Origin: a bacterium
Lineage (GTDB): Bacteria > Actinomycetota > Acidimicrobiia > Acidimicrobiales > Bin134
Direction of reading: 5' to 3'
Assembly (NCBI GenBank): GCA_026708015.1
Contig: JAPOVT010000056.1
Location: forward strand, 164,134-228,133
Length of the DNA stretch: 64,000 nucleotides
Of this stretch, positions 37,098 through 47,403 are shown one piece after another. Position 1 is the stretch's first letter, and every line of letters begins with the position of its first letter. A program made the translations under genes and the position numbers. The notes under the pieces were generated by a model. The model ran no database searches. It was not told the DNA's origin and saw only the letters and a program-made list of their open reading frames with translations.

Positions 37098-40097
37098 ATG
37101 AGAAAGCTCCTGGTTTTGTTGTTCTGCGCGGCCCTGGCTGCGGCCGCCTGCTCAGATAGCGAGACCTATGTGCCGGTCACCGGCCAGGTCGATTCGGGCG
37201 GAGCCGCAGCGACCGAAGAAGCCGCTCCCACACCCCAGGCCACCACGACGCCCACGCCCGCACCGGAGACCGAACGGGAAGACGCCGAGGCCGACGAACC
37301 TGAGTCTCCGGCTGAAGATGAGATCAGTTGCCAGACTGCCGGCGGAGCTCCCGATGCCTTGGAGGGTGAGGGACTCCTGCCAGTTGACCCCGGCGTCAGG
37401 ATTGGCACGCTGGACAACGGACTCACGTACTATGCGCGGTCCAACGACAGCCCGGGCGGCGCCTTGTCGCTGCGTCTGGTTGTGAATGCGGGATCGCTCA
37501 ATGAACCCATTGTGGGGGCAGGCTATGCCCATTACTTGGAGCACATGCTGTTCAACGGCACCGAGAAGTATCCCGGCAACGAGATCACTGACGCGCTGCA
37601 AAGCATCGGGGTGGAGTTCGGCCCCGATATCAACGCCTACACCTCCTACGACGAGACCGTCTACATGCTCGATCTGGTCATCGACGAGGAGGAGGGCTCG
37701 GTGGACACCGCATTCGATGTGCTTGCCCAGTGGGCCCATGCCGCCACCATCACTCCTGAGGATGTCGAAGATGAGCAGGGGGTCATCCGGGACGAATACC
37801 GGATCAGAGAAGAGACCGGCTCAGGCCTCATCCACGAGGTGTTCGACCAGATGTATACCCGGGGAACTCCCTACCAGGGGCGTTCGCCGATCGGCACGGT
37901 GGAGAACATCGAGGCCACCACTGCGGAGGATCTTCGAGCCTTTTACGAGACGTGGTACGTCCCCTCCAACATGGCGGTGGTGGCGGTAGGCGATCTGCCC
38001 CTTGACACGCTGGAAGATCTGGTTGAGGAGCATTTCTGCGACATCGCAGCGGGCAGTGCTCCTGACACACCAGACAACTGGTCGGGGTTGAACCCGCAGC
38101 CGACGTTCGACATCGCCACATCCCCCGAGCAGCCCTACTCCTTTCTCTCCTTGGACATCCGCCTGCCCTCTTGGAACCCCAACACCATCGAGGGCGACCG
38201 GCAGCTCTGGATCGAGCAGATCGTCAGCATAATGGTGGAAAACCGCTTGCAGGACGGCTACGAGCAGGGGTTCCTATCGCAGATCGATCCGACGCACTGG
38301 TCGGAGTTCTCCCACACCAGGGGACTGCGCTACTACGGCACCAACCTGAGGGCTGAGGACTTCTCTGCCGCCCTCACCGACTACTGGTCGCTGCTGCTGA
38401 GCCTCGCCGAGCACGGCTTCGCCGAAGCCGACCTCCACAGGGCGGCCAGCATCATCAGGACCGATCTGCGAGCAGCGGTCGAGGCGGCCCCCACGGTCCA
38501 GGATAAACAGCACGCCAGCCGATACACCTCGCACTTTCTCGAGGGCCGCGACATCGGATCCGCCGAGGACACCGCGGCCCGCGTCGACGACCTGCTCGAT
38601 GAGCTTGGGGTGGACGACCTCACCGAGCGCTACCGGGAGATCCTTGATGAAAGCGGTTTGATTCTGATCCCGGTGGGCCCCGACCCCTCCGAGGTGCCCA
38701 GCGTTGGGGAGATGCAGGCCGCCCTCGATGCGGCTGAGCCGGGTGAGCTGCCAGAGCAGCCCGTCGAGGCCGCCGCGCTGCTGTCGGCCCCAGAACCGGT
38801 CGACCCGGTGAGCGAAGGCGTGGTCGAGGCCCTGGCCGATGAGCTGGACGATGTCTATGAATGGGTGTTCGCCAACGGTGCCCGGGTCACCTACGCCTAC
38901 TCTGACATTGCCGAGAACGAGGTGAGCCTGGACGCCACCTCCTGGGGCGGATGGTCGTCGCTCCAAGAGGGCGACCGGCCGCTGGCCCAATACTTGGCCA
39001 CCCGTGCAGTGGTCAACAGCGGGCTGGGTGATCTGAGCCCTTCGCAGATATCCCGCTACCTCGACGACCGCAATGCCGGAGTGGCACCGTACATCGCTGA
39101 GACCACCGAGGGCTTTTCGGGGGCGTCCGACACCGTAGGCGTCGAGACCATGTTCCAGCTCATGTACTTGTACATGACCCGGGCCCGAGTTGACGACCAG
39201 GCCTTCACCGAAGCCGCCGACATCGGGGGCATTCTTCTGTCGCTATCGCAATCCGACCCCGACTGGCAAGGGGCGCTGGCCTATATGGAGGCTCGGTTCG
39301 GCGAAGCGTTCGGCTGGTTCAATTTGGCCGCCCCCCAAGAGAGGCTCGACGCCTTGAGCGCCGATCAGCTTCTGGGAATATACCGCCAGCGCTTCAGCGG
39401 AGTGGACGACCTCGAGGTGATCGTGGTGGGCGATGTGGATCGCGGCACCGTAGAGCAGATGGCCCGAACCTATGTGGGGACGCTTCCCGCAAAGGATGCC
39501 GACAGCTATGTGAACCGGCGCCCGCCGGAACCCGGTGGAGTGTTGCGCCGCGAAGTGGTGCTCGGCCCTGACAACCAAGCCACGTCGGCAATCTACTCCT
39601 ACGAGGCGTCGCTGGAGGTGAACCCTGCGACCCAGGTGGCCAGCAGGGTGCTAGATGTGATCCTAGACACCCGGCTTGTGGAGGACGTGCGAGAGGATCT
39701 GGGCGATACCTATGTGGCCGGCGCATCGGTTGGCCAGAGCCTCACTCCCGAGCCCAGGGTTGCGGGAGAGGTTGTCGCCACTGGCGATCCTGACCAGATG
39801 GACAAGATCGAAGAGGAGATGGCCCGCATTCTGGTCGAGGTTCATGCGGGTGAGATCACCGAGGAGGAGTTCGAACAGGCCCGAGCGGTGGTTGGTGACG
39901 ACTTCGAGCTGATCGACAACGGCGACCTGGTAAGAGTGCTGATTCGCCGGGCCTACGCCGATGACAATGATCTGCCCACTCCTGAGCGGCTGATCGAAGA
40001 GCTGGAGGCCTTGGAGCTGGCCGATGTGCAGGAGTTGGCGGCGCTGCTATTCGACCCCGATCAGCACATCCAGATCGTCCGAGTGCTGCCCGGTTGA
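37098..40097 (+). CDS. M16 (pitrilysin/insulinase) family zinc peptidase, lipoprotein, tandem M16 modules
   Basis: Lipobox 'LAAAAC'. Inverted zincin motif 'HYLEHMLFNGT' (HxxEH). 999 aa. Confidence 0.85.
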   Translation: MRKLLVLLFCAALAAAACSDSETYVPVTGQVDSGGAAATEEAAPTPQATTTPTPAPETEREDAEADEPESPAEDEISCQTAGGAPDALEGEGLLPVDPGVRIGTLDNGLTYYARSNDSPGGALSLRLVVNAGSLNEPIVGAGYAHYLEHMLFNGTEKYPGNEITDALQSIGVEFGPDINAYTSYDETVYMLDLVIDEEEGSVDTAFDVLAQWAHAATITPEDVEDEQGVIRDEYRIREETGSGLIHEVFDQMYTRGTPYQGRSPIGTVENIEATTAEDLRAFYETWYVPSNMAVVAVGDLPLDTLEDLVEEHFCDIAAGSAPDTPDNWSGLNPQPTFDIATSPEQPYSFLSLDIRLPSWNPNTIEGDRQLWIEQIVSIMVENRLQDGYEQGFLSQIDPTHWSEFSHTRGLRYYGTNLRAEDFSAALTDYWSLLLSLAEHGFAEADLHRAASIIRTDLRAAVEAAPTVQDKQHASRYTSHFLEGRDIGSAEDTAARVDDLLDELGVDDLTERYREILDESGLILIPVGPDPSEVPSVGEMQAALDAAEPGELPEQPVEAAALLSAPEPVDPVSEGVVEALADELDDVYEWVFANGARVTYAYSDIAENEVSLDATSWGGWSSLQEGDRPLAQYLATRAVVNSGLGDLSPSQISRYLDDRNAGVAPYIAETTEGFSGASDTVGVETMFQLMYLYMTRARVDDQAFTEAADIGGILLSLSQSDPDWQGALAYMEARFGEAFGWFNLAAPQERLDALSADQLLGIYRQRFSGVDDLEVIVVGDVDRGTVEQMARTYVGTLPAKDADSYVNRRPPEPGGVLRREVVLGPDNQATSAIYSYEASLEVNPATQVASRVLDVILDTRLVEDVREDLGDTYVAGASVGQSLTPEPRVAGEVVATGDPDQMDKIEEEMARILVEVHAGEITEEEFEQARAVVGDDFELIDNGDLVRVLIRRAYADDNDLPTPERLIEELEALELADVQELAALLFDPDQHIQIVRVLPG

Positions 40098-40103
40098 TCC
40101 AGA

Positions 40104-41663
40104 TCAGACTTGGCGCTCTTGTTCGGCCCAGTGGGGGTCGCGCAGCACCCGCTTGAGGATCTTGCCGGTGGGGGCCTTGGGCAGCTCGTCCACAAAGGCC
40201 ACCGACCTCGGTTTCTGGTAGGAGGCCAGGTTCTGGCGGGCGGCATCGATGATCTCGTCCTCGGTGGCGGTCATACCCGGCTTGAGCACCACGTAGGCCA
40301 TGACCGATTCGCCCCAGGTGTCGTCGGGCACGCCGATCACCGCGGTCTCCAGCACAGCCTGGTGGGTGGCGATGGCCTCTTCCACCTGGACCGAGTAGAT
40401 GTTCTCCCCGCCGGAGATGATCATGTCTTTGGCCCGGTCCACGATGAACACGTAGCGCTCGTCGTCCCAGGTGGCGATGTCTCCAGTCCACATCCAGCCG
40501 TCCTTGATGGTGTCGGCGGTGAGGTCGGGGCGGCGGAAGTAGCCCAGCATGTTGGCCTCGGATCGCACGATGATCTGACCGGGCGTCTTGCCGTCACAGG
40601 GGACGTCTGTGCCGTCGGGATCCACCACCCGAACCGAGGTCACGAACCCTTCTCGGCCGCACGACCGCAGCCTCTCGGGACGGTGGTCGTCGCGGATGGC
40701 CCGGATGTGATCCTCCTGCGACAAGAAGCACATGGTGGTGCCCTCGGTCTGGCCGTAGCCCTGGATGAGGGTGCAGGGGAACTTGTTCATGGCCTCGGTG
40801 ATGACCCGGGAGGGCATGGGACCGCCGCCGTACTGGATGTTGCGCAGGCTGGAGATGTCGTAGTTGTCGAACCCCTCCACTGCCATCATCCAATTGAGCA
40901 TTGTGGTGACGCCCAGGAAGGCCGACACACCCTCTTCTTGGATCAACTCCAAGGCCAAAGTGGCGTCGAAGTTCATCAGCACTAGCGGGCAGCCGTGGGC
41001 CAGGTAGTTCATGGCCAGCACCACCGGGATGTGGAACATCTGCCCGGTGAGCATGTACACGTCGCTGGGGACGATACGCTCGGCCACTGTTTGGTTGAGC
41101 ATCCCGAAGTAGACGCTGCGGTGGCTGTGCAGGGCGCCCTTGGACTCCCCGGTGGTGCCCCCGGTGTAGAGGATGAACAGCGGGTCGGTGCCGCCCACTT
41201 CGGCCGATACCTCCGGCTCGGCATCCGATGACGATGCCACCAGCTCCTCGTAGGTGCCATCGCCGCCTTCGCCGTACTGGAGCCAGTTCTCCACCGAGCT
41301 CACCAGGCCGGACAGCTCGGCTGACTCGGAAGCGTAAGCCCCCTGGGTGATGTAGGCCCGGGGTTCTCCGTTGTTCACGATCTTGGCCAGCTCCGGGGCC
41401 GACAGCCGCCAGTTCATGGGCTGGGCCACCAGACCGGAACGTCCGCATGCGAAGTACAGGGCGGCGTACTCCACCGAGTTCTGGCTCAAGATGCCGACCC
41501 GGTCGCCTTTGTCCAGGCCCAAACCGACCAGCCCGTTGGCCAGGCGCCGGACGTGCTCGTCGAAGGCCGCGAACGTGACCCGCTGGCCGGTTGTGGAGTC
41601 GATGATCGCCTCGCGGTTCGGCGTCTGCCGGGCCCATTTGGCGGGAATCTGGCCGATGTTCAT
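40104..41663 (-). CDS. AMP-dependent acyl-CoA synthetase (FadD-like)
   Basis: 'ILYTGGTTGESKGAL', 'YGQTEG', 'WMWTGDIATWDDERYVFIVDRAKDMIISGGENIYS', 'GKILKRVLR'. Confidence 0.9.
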   Translation of the reverse strand: MNIGQIPAKWARQTPNREAIIDSTTGQRVTFAAFDEHVRRLANGLVGLGLDKGDRVGILSQNSVEYAALYFACGRSGLVAQPMNWRLSAPELAKIVNNGEPRAYITQGAYASESAELSGLVSSVENWLQYGEGGDGTYEELVASSSDAEPEVSAEVGGTDPLFILYTGGTTGESKGALHSHRSVYFGMLNQTVAERIVPSDVYMLTGQMFHIPVVLAMNYLAHGCPLVLMNFDATLALELIQEEGVSAFLGVTTMLNWMMAVEGFDNYDISSLRNIQYGGGPMPSRVITEAMNKFPCTLIQGYGQTEGTTMCFLSQEDHIRAIRDDHRPERLRSCGREGFVTSVRVVDPDGTDVPCDGKTPGQIIVRSEANMLGYFRRPDLTADTIKDGWMWTGDIATWDDERYVFIVDRAKDMIISGGENIYSVQVEEAIATHQAVLETAVIGVPDDTWGESVMAYVVLKPGMTATEDEIIDAARQNLASYQKPRSVAFVDELPKAPTGKILKRVLRDPHWAEQERQV

Positions 41664-41722
41664 CTGCGGCTCCTTCCTAGAGGGCGTATGCGATGTTCAT
41701 GGCCGTTCACGGCCCGTCCCGC

Positions 41723-42130
41723 CTAATACGGCAGGTCGAGAGCCAAGAACCGCTTTTGGATCTTCCAGTCGCTGCCTACGCGCACGCAGTCATCGGTGTA
41801 CACGCCGCTGGACAGAACGGAGAGCTGGCCGTTTTCCACGGTAATAAGCACCAGATAGCTGATGGCAGTGATTGAGTCCTCGGTCTCGTTCTCGAAGTAG
41901 AGGTTGGTCACCACGTGGCGGCGCTGGTCGGTCTGCTCTTCCATAGCCCCGCTGAACAGCCCGGCGATGGCCTCCGACCCCTCGAAGGTGATCGGGTCGC
42001 CGCCGGCGATGGTCATCGCGAATACCGGATCGTCGGGAGCGAACATCCCGATGAGGAAGTCGCTGTCGCCTACGTCGTAGGCCACCCCGGCATGGTTCAA
42101 CAGCTCGGTTACTGCTTGTTTGTCGGCCAT
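41723..42130 (-). CDS. SnoaL-like / NTF2-fold protein
   Basis: 135 aa. 'RRHVVTNLYFE' and 'DDCVRVGSDWKIQKR' are typical of the SnoaL_4-type cone fold. Confidence 0.6.
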   Translation of the reverse strand: MADKQAVTELLNHAGVAYDVGDSDFLIGMFAPDDPVFAMTIAGGDPITFEGSEAIAGLFSGAMEEQTDQRRHVVTNLYFENETEDSITAISYLVLITVENGQLSVLSSGVYTDDCVRVGSDWKIQKRFLALDLPY

Positions 42131-42133
42131 TGG

Positions 42134-42946
42134 TTACTCCATTCCCAGTTGTTCCACCGTGCCTCGCCACGCGAGCGAGCCACCGTCGATCAAAATGTAT
42201 GCGCCGTTGATGAAGCCCGCTTCTCGGCTGGCCAAGAAGCACACCAGCTCGCCCACCTCAGAGGGAAGTCCCAGCCGGGGGATTAGCGAGGTGTTGATGA
42301 GCGCCTTCTCGAACGCCGCCGGGTCGTCCGCCTGCTTCACGAAGTCGGTGACCATGTCGGTGGCGATAGCGGTAGGGCCATAGCAGTTCACCCTGATCCC
42401 CAGTGGGGCCAAGTCCACCGCCAGGTTCTGGGTTTGCAGCCGGATGCCGCCCTTGGACGTGCCGTAGGCAGAATTGTTGGGATAGGCAGACTGCGCGCCG
42501 GTGGATGCCGCGTTGACGATTGACGGCCAGTCGCTTTCCTTGAGGTAGGGGAGAGCGGCCTTCGAGCAGATCCAGGGTGCTACCGCGTTGACTTCCACCA
42601 CCTTTCTGAACACGTCGAGGGGCATCTGCTCCAGATTGCACTGATCGGCTGCGGCTAGCCCGCTCTCATGGATGCCGGCGTTGTTGTGCAATACGTCGAT
42701 GCCGCCGTAGGCCTCGGCAGCAGCGGCCATCAATACCTCAACCTGGTCGGTGTCGGTCACGTCGCAGTGCTGGTACGCAGCGGTCCCACCCGAAGCGTTG
42801 ATCTCGTCGGCGACCGCCTGGCCCTGCTCGTCGTTGAGGTCGGAAACCATTACTTTGGCGCCCTTTTCTGCCGCGACCCGGGCGGTGGCCGCGCCTATGC
42901 CAGTGGCCGACCCGGTGATCACAAAACGCAGTCCTTCGATGCCCAT
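42134..42946 (-). CDS. SDR-family oxidoreductase
   Basis: 'FVITGSATGIGAATA', 'HNNAGI', 'YGTSKGGI'. Start at ATG 42946. The 170-codon upstream extension is Arg/Pro/His-rich and overlaps the divergent gene. Confidence 0.85.
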   Translation of the reverse strand: MGIEGLRFVITGSATGIGAATARVAAEKGAKVMVSDLNDEQGQAVADEINASGGTAAYQHCDVTDTDQVEVLMAAAAEAYGGIDVLHNNAGIHESGLAAADQCNLEQMPLDVFRKVVEVNAVAPWICSKAALPYLKESDWPSIVNAASTGAQSAYPNNSAYGTSKGGIRLQTQNLAVDLAPLGIRVNCYGPTAIATDMVTDFVKQADDPAAFEKALINTSLIPRLGLPSEVGELVCFLASREAGFINGAYILIDGGSLAWRGTVEQLGME

Positions 42947-43090
42947 GCCTACCCCCTTGAGTGCGATACGGCCCGCAGCGTAGGCGGTTGGTGGTCGGTG
43001 TGTGAAATGGCGGGGAGGATTGCCGCAGATGCGGTGGGCGCGGGGAAGCTGAATCGTGGGGCAGCGAGCGGCGATTGGTAGGTTTAGCCG

Positions 43091-43489
43091 GTGCCCACGC
43101 TGTCCACGACACCGCCGGAGCGGACCGGAGCCGACCCCCGTCCCGAGTTGGCCGTGCGTGAGGGGCGGATACTTTTGAATGGCAGCCGATGCGGGAACTG
43201 CGGCTATCCGCTGGCGGTGAACCCGCCGCGCTGTCCGATATGCGGGAGCGATTCCATGGCTCCCGCGACGTTCGGCCCCAAGGGGACGGTATTCAGCTCC
43301 ACGGTGCTGCGGATTCCAGTGCCGGGGCGCACCCCTCCGTTCACTCTGGCCTATGTAGACGTGGACGATGGCCCTCGCATTCTTGCCCACGTCGACGGGT
43401 CCGACGAGGTCTTGGTTCCGGGTAGCAGGGTTGCACTGGCCGGATGGAGCGAGCACGGAGATCCAGTGGTGCAGAGGACAGGTCCATGA
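43091..43489 (+). CDS. DUF35 OB-fold protein with Cys4 zinc ribbon
   Basis: 'CGNCGYPLAVNPPRCPICGS', then OB fold 'LAYVDVDDGPRILAHV'. GTG start. ATGA overlap with the thiolase-like gene. Confidence 0.75.
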   Translation: MPTLSTTPPERTGADPRPELAVREGRILLNGSRCGNCGYPLAVNPPRCPICGSDSMAPATFGPKGTVFSSTVLRIPVPGRTPPFTLAYVDVDDGPRILAHVDGSDEVLVPGSRVALAGWSEHGDPVVQRTGP

Positions 43490-44637
43490 GCGGTGCTGGT
43501 GCGGCTATTTGGGGGGTGGGGACCTCGGCGTTCGGCAAACAGACTTCACTGGGCGGCCCCCGCTTGGCCTGGGGGGCCACGATCGAAGCATTGGACGATG
43601 CCGGGTTGAAGGCATCTGAGATCGACGCTGTGTACGCCGGTTCGGTGTTCGGCGACCCCGGCACCGTCACCCGCACTCTTCAGCAGATCGGGATTGTGGA
43701 AGTGCCGGTCATCACAATCGAGAACGCCTGTGCCAGTGGCACGTCGGCCTTCCATGAGGCACGGGTGGCGGTGGAAACCGGCCGGTACGAGCGGGTATTG
43801 GCGTTCGGCATCGAAACCATGACCGCCCATTTCGACGGCGCCATCAGCCCGATTGCCTCCGACCCTGACGGGGCCCAGGGCTATGCCATGCCCAGCATCT
43901 ATGGAATATCGGCCACCCGGTACAAGTACGAGTTCGGGGTTGGCGACGAGCAGATGGCCGCGGTGGCAGTGAAGAACCGCCGCCACGCGGTAGGAAATCC
44001 TCGGGCTCAGCATCGCAAGACTGTCACCGTGCAGCAGGTGCTGGGCAGCCGCATGGTGGCCGATCCGATCACCTTGTTCCAATGCTGTTCGATTGCCGAT
44101 GCGGCCGCGGCCGCGGTGATTGGGCCACTGGGCGGCTCTCATGATCCCACCCAGGAGGTGGCCATCCGATCCAGTGCGCTGCGCTCCGGCCGGCTGTGGG
44201 ACCACACCACCGACAAGGTGTGGGGCTGGGACATCGTGGCCGACACCGCAGCCCAGGCCTACGAATCCGCCGGGGTGGGGCCGGGCGATATCGACGTGTT
44301 CGAAGTACACGATGCCTTCACCATCGGTGAGATCATCACCACCGAGGCATTGGGGATGTGTGGTCTGGGCGAAGGCGGGCGGCTGGTGGAGTCGGGCCAC
44401 ACCGCATTGGGCGGGGGCCAGCCGGTGAACCCATCGGGCGGGCTCTTGTCACGAGGCCATCCGCTGGGGGCCACCGGTCTGGCACAGATCGCCGAGATCG
44501 TCTGGCAGCTTCGGGGTATGGCCGCCGATCGCCAGGTGCCCGATGCCCGGCTTGGCGCGGTGGAGACCATGGGCGGTGGCACCGCGGGTATCGACGGCAA
44601 CGCCTGTGTGGTGACCGTGCTGGAGCAAATGGGATGA
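43486..44637 (+). CDS. thiolase-like protein (SCP-x type)
   Basis: 'IENACASGTSAF', 'VNPSGGLLSRGHPLGATG'. 383 aa. Confidence 0.8.
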   Translation: MSGAGAAIWGVGTSAFGKQTSLGGPRLAWGATIEALDDAGLKASEIDAVYAGSVFGDPGTVTRTLQQIGIVEVPVITIENACASGTSAFHEARVAVETGRYERVLAFGIETMTAHFDGAISPIASDPDGAQGYAMPSIYGISATRYKYEFGVGDEQMAAVAVKNRRHAVGNPRAQHRKTVTVQQVLGSRMVADPITLFQCCSIADAAAAAVIGPLGGSHDPTQEVAIRSSALRSGRLWDHTTDKVWGWDIVADTAAQAYESAGVGPGDIDVFEVHDAFTIGEIITTEALGMCGLGEGGRLVESGHTALGGGQPVNPSGGLLSRGHPLGATGLAQIAEIVWQLRGMAADRQVPDARLGAVETMGGGTAGIDGNACVVTVLEQMG

Positions 44638-44641
44638 CCCC

Positions 44642-45868
44642 ATGACTGAGCAGCCAACAGCGGTGATTGACGATGAGGTCCTGTCGCCGGAGCGGATCGC
44701 CGATCCCCATTCCTATTTCTCGGTTCTCCGAGAGCACGATCCGGTGCATTGGAACGAGAAGTACCGGGCGTGGTTCATCCACCGCTACCACGACGTGCTC
44801 GACGCCTTGCGGGATCCCCGGTTCTCCTCGGAGCGCATCGGCGCGGCCTATGACCGCCTCACCGAGGAGCAGAGGGCCGAGCGCCAGCCCACCTACGACA
44901 TCTTGATGGACTGGCTGGTGTTCCGGGATCCCCCCGACCACACCCGGCTGCGGCGATTGGTGAGCCGGGCCTTCACCCCTCGAGCGGTGGAGGCGTGGCG
45001 GGATCGAATCACTGGCGTGGTCGACGAGCTGATCGACGGTCTGTCGGAGCGGGACCACTTCGACCTGATCGAGGACTTCGCCTATCCCATTCCCGCGGTG
45101 GTGATTGCCGAGATGATGGGGGTGCCTCCCGACGACCGCGACCGGTTCAAGGACTGGTCCGACGACGTGATGATCCTGGTGTTCGGGGCTCGGGGAGTGG
45201 GCGACCGCAGAGCTAGGGCTCAGCAGGGGCTGGTCGAACTGGCCGCCTATCTGGGCGACTTGGTGGCCCACTACCGCCAGCATCCGGCCGACAACATCAT
45301 CTCCAACCTGGTGGATGCATCCGAGGGCGACGACAGCCTTGAAGATCCCGAGATCGTGGCCAACTGCGTGCTGTTTCTGTTTGGTGGCCACGAGACCACC
45401 ACCAATCTGATCGGCAATGGCATTCGGGTGCTGCTCAATCATCCCGGCCAGCTCCAGAAGCTGCGGGAAGACCCCTCGCTGATCAAACCGGCGGTGGAGG
45501 AGATCCTGCGGTTTGACGGGCCGTCCAAGATGGAGGTTCGCACCCTGGCCGACGAGGTGGAGATGGGGGAAAAGACACTGCCGGCAGGCGACATGGTGTA
45601 TCTCGTGCAGCACGCCGCCAACCGAGACCCCGACGCGTTCGATCAGCCCGATCGATTCGACATTGCCCGCGATCCCAACAACCACATCGGCTTCGGCTTT
45701 GGGCTGCACTTCTGCCTGGGGGCATCGGTAGCCCGGTTGGAGGGAACGATCGCATTGGAGGCCCTTGTTCGCCGCCTACCCAATCTAGAACTGGGTTCCG
45801 AACCTGAGGTGTGGGTGCCCACCATGTTGAGCCGGGGCTTGGAGCATCTGCCTGTGAGCCTGTCGTGA
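44642..45868 (+). CDS. cytochrome P450
   Basis: 'FLFGGHETTTNLI', 'VEEILRF', 'IGFGFGLHFCLGASVA'. Confidence 0.9.
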   Translation: MTEQPTAVIDDEVLSPERIADPHSYFSVLREHDPVHWNEKYRAWFIHRYHDVLDALRDPRFSSERIGAAYDRLTEEQRAERQPTYDILMDWLVFRDPPDHTRLRRLVSRAFTPRAVEAWRDRITGVVDELIDGLSERDHFDLIEDFAYPIPAVVIAEMMGVPPDDRDRFKDWSDDVMILVFGARGVGDRRARAQQGLVELAAYLGDLVAHYRQHPADNIISNLVDASEGDDSLEDPEIVANCVLFLFGGHETTTNLIGNGIRVLLNHPGQLQKLREDPSLIKPAVEEILRFDGPSKMEVRTLADEVEMGEKTLPAGDMVYLVQHAANRDPDAFDQPDRFDIARDPNNHIGFGFGLHFCLGASVARLEGTIALEALVRRLPNLELGSEPEVWVPTMLSRGLEHLPVSLS

Positions 45869-46623
45869 GCCCCCAGAGGCCGTTGAAGGGTATGGGTGCG
45901 GTGGTCACCGGGGCCACTGGTGACATCGGCGGGGCCATCGCCCGGGTGTTGGTCGACCAGGGTGCCCGAGTCGGCCTCATCGCCCGGCGGGCCGAAGTGC
46001 TGGAGGAATTGGCCGGCGAGTTGGGAGATGGCGGTGCACAGATCTCCGTCGCCCCTTGCGATGTGACCGATCCTGAAGCCGTGGCCGCCGCCGCTGAGAC
46101 AATCACGTCTGACATAGGCCCGATTGAAGTGCTCGTGAACAACGCGGGAGGCGCCCGGTTCACCGCGCCGGTACTAGATATAGCTGAACCGGGTTGGTCC
46201 AAAACCGTGGCACTTAACCTGACTGCGCCCTTTCTGGTCTCGAAGGCGTTCGGCCGCTCCATGATCGAGCGAGGGCAGGGCAGCATCGTCAACGTCGGCT
46301 CCCTGTCGGGTCTGCGCCATCTGCCCGGAATGGCGGCCTACTCGGCGGCCAAGGGCGGCCTGTTCCAGCAGACCAAGGCTCTGGCGCGGGAGTGGGCCCC
46401 CCACGGAGTACGGGTGAACGCAGTTGCCCCTGGTTTTGTGGATACCAGTGGCTGGGATAGCTACGACAAAGACGCCGTGGTAGCCGAAGCCGGCATCGGC
46501 ATCCCGCTGGGCCGGTGGGCGACCGCTGACGAGGTGGCTCTGCCGGTGGCCTTCTTGGCTTCCCCGGCGGCGTCCTATATCACTGGCGCGGTCTTGGTTA
46601 TCGACGGCGGAATGCTGGCCTGA
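45865..46623 (+). CDS. SDR-family oxidoreductase
   Basis: 'GAVVTGATGDIGGAIA', 'NNAGG', 'YSAAKGGL'. GTG 45865 overlaps the P450 stop (GTGA); ATG 45892 is an alternative. Confidence 0.8.
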   Translation: MSPQRPLKGMGAVVTGATGDIGGAIARVLVDQGARVGLIARRAEVLEELAGELGDGGAQISVAPCDVTDPEAVAAAAETITSDIGPIEVLVNNAGGARFTAPVLDIAEPGWSKTVALNLTAPFLVSKAFGRSMIERGQGSIVNVGSLSGLRHLPGMAAYSAAKGGLFQQTKALAREWAPHGVRVNAVAPGFVDTSGWDSYDKDAVVAEAGIGIPLGRWATADEVALPVAFLASPAASYITGAVLVIDGGMLA

Positions 46624-46629
46624 TCGGGT

Positions 46630-47400
46630 CTAGTTACTGGTCAGGCGGAGCCCCGCATCAAGCCTGACCGCTTCGCCGTTGAGGAATGTGTTTTCCATGA
46701 AGTGAACCACCAGGTTGCCCACGTCAGCAGGAGTGCCCAGTCGATGAGGGAACACGTTGTCTTCCACCAGTTTGGCAATGAACTCCTCGTTGAGGGTGGC
46801 CAGCATGGGGGTGTCCATGGTGCCCGGCGCGATGGTCAGCACCCGGATGCCCCACACCGCCAGGTCGCGAGCCATGGGCAGAGTCAGACCGATCACCCCG
46901 GCCTTAGACGATCCATAGGCCGATTGGCCCACCTGGCCCTCGTAGCCGGCGATGGAGGCGATGTTCACGATGAGTCCCCGCTCGCCGTCGGCATTGGGCT
47001 CGTTGGCCGACATGGCCGACACGGCATGGCGGGCCACGTCGAACAGCCCGATCAGATTCACCTCGATGTGCTGTCGGAAGTGGTCCAGGGAGTTGGGGGT
47101 GCCGTCGCGGGACACCACCCGCTGCCCGGAGCTGATCCCCGCACAGCTCACCAGCACGTCAATGCGTCCGAATACCTGAGCCGCGGTGGCTACGGCCTGC
47201 GCTACGTCATCGGTGTCTGTGACATCGACGGGCACAAAGGCAACCGCGTCGCCCGTATCGGCTGCCATGGATTCTCCAGCCGACGAGGGCAAGTCCAATA
47301 TCAAGGCCCGGCCGCCCTTGTCCACCAGCGTTTTGACCACTCCAGCGCCCAAACCCGAGGCGCCGCCAGTGACCAGAGCAACAGATTTGGCTACATCCAT
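46630..47400 (-). CDS. SDR; 3-hydroxyacyl-CoA dehydrogenase type II (HSD10)-like
   Basis: 'VALVTGGASGLGAG', 'YGSSKAGVIGLTLPMARDLA', 'NGEAVRLDAGLRL'. Confidence 0.75.
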   Translation of the reverse strand: MDVAKSVALVTGGASGLGAGVVKTLVDKGGRALILDLPSSAGESMAADTGDAVAFVPVDVTDTDDVAQAVATAAQVFGRIDVLVSCAGISSGQRVVSRDGTPNSLDHFRQHIEVNLIGLFDVARHAVSAMSANEPNADGERGLIVNIASIAGYEGQVGQSAYGSSKAGVIGLTLPMARDLAVWGIRVLTIAPGTMDTPMLATLNEEFIAKLVEDNVFPHRLGTPADVGNLVVHFMENTFLNGEAVRLDAGLRLTSN

Positions 47401-47403
47401 TAC

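Noticed and set aside
41701-41714. Palindrome ggccgttcacggcc as a terminator between the NTF2-like gene and the synthetase
   Set aside because: The arms are 6 bp with a 2-nt spacer, so it cannot form a stable RNA hairpin loop. It is too short to call an operator without other copies.
42947-43456. 170-codon N-terminal extension of the SDR ORF 42134-43456
   Set aside because: The extension is Arg/Pro/His-rich and runs antisense through the DUF35 gene. The SDR Rossmann motif begins right after ATG 42946. The same logic trimmed ORFs 47404-48876, 48198-49178, 48781-50358, 50355-52151, 54779-56305, 60817-61971, 28163-29524, 16543-17766 and 1740-2726.
44336-45709. 457-aa ORF on the minus strand
   Set aside because: It lies antisense to the second P450 and thiolase-like gene. 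Its composition is the same Arg/Pro/His-rich artefact, with no motif.
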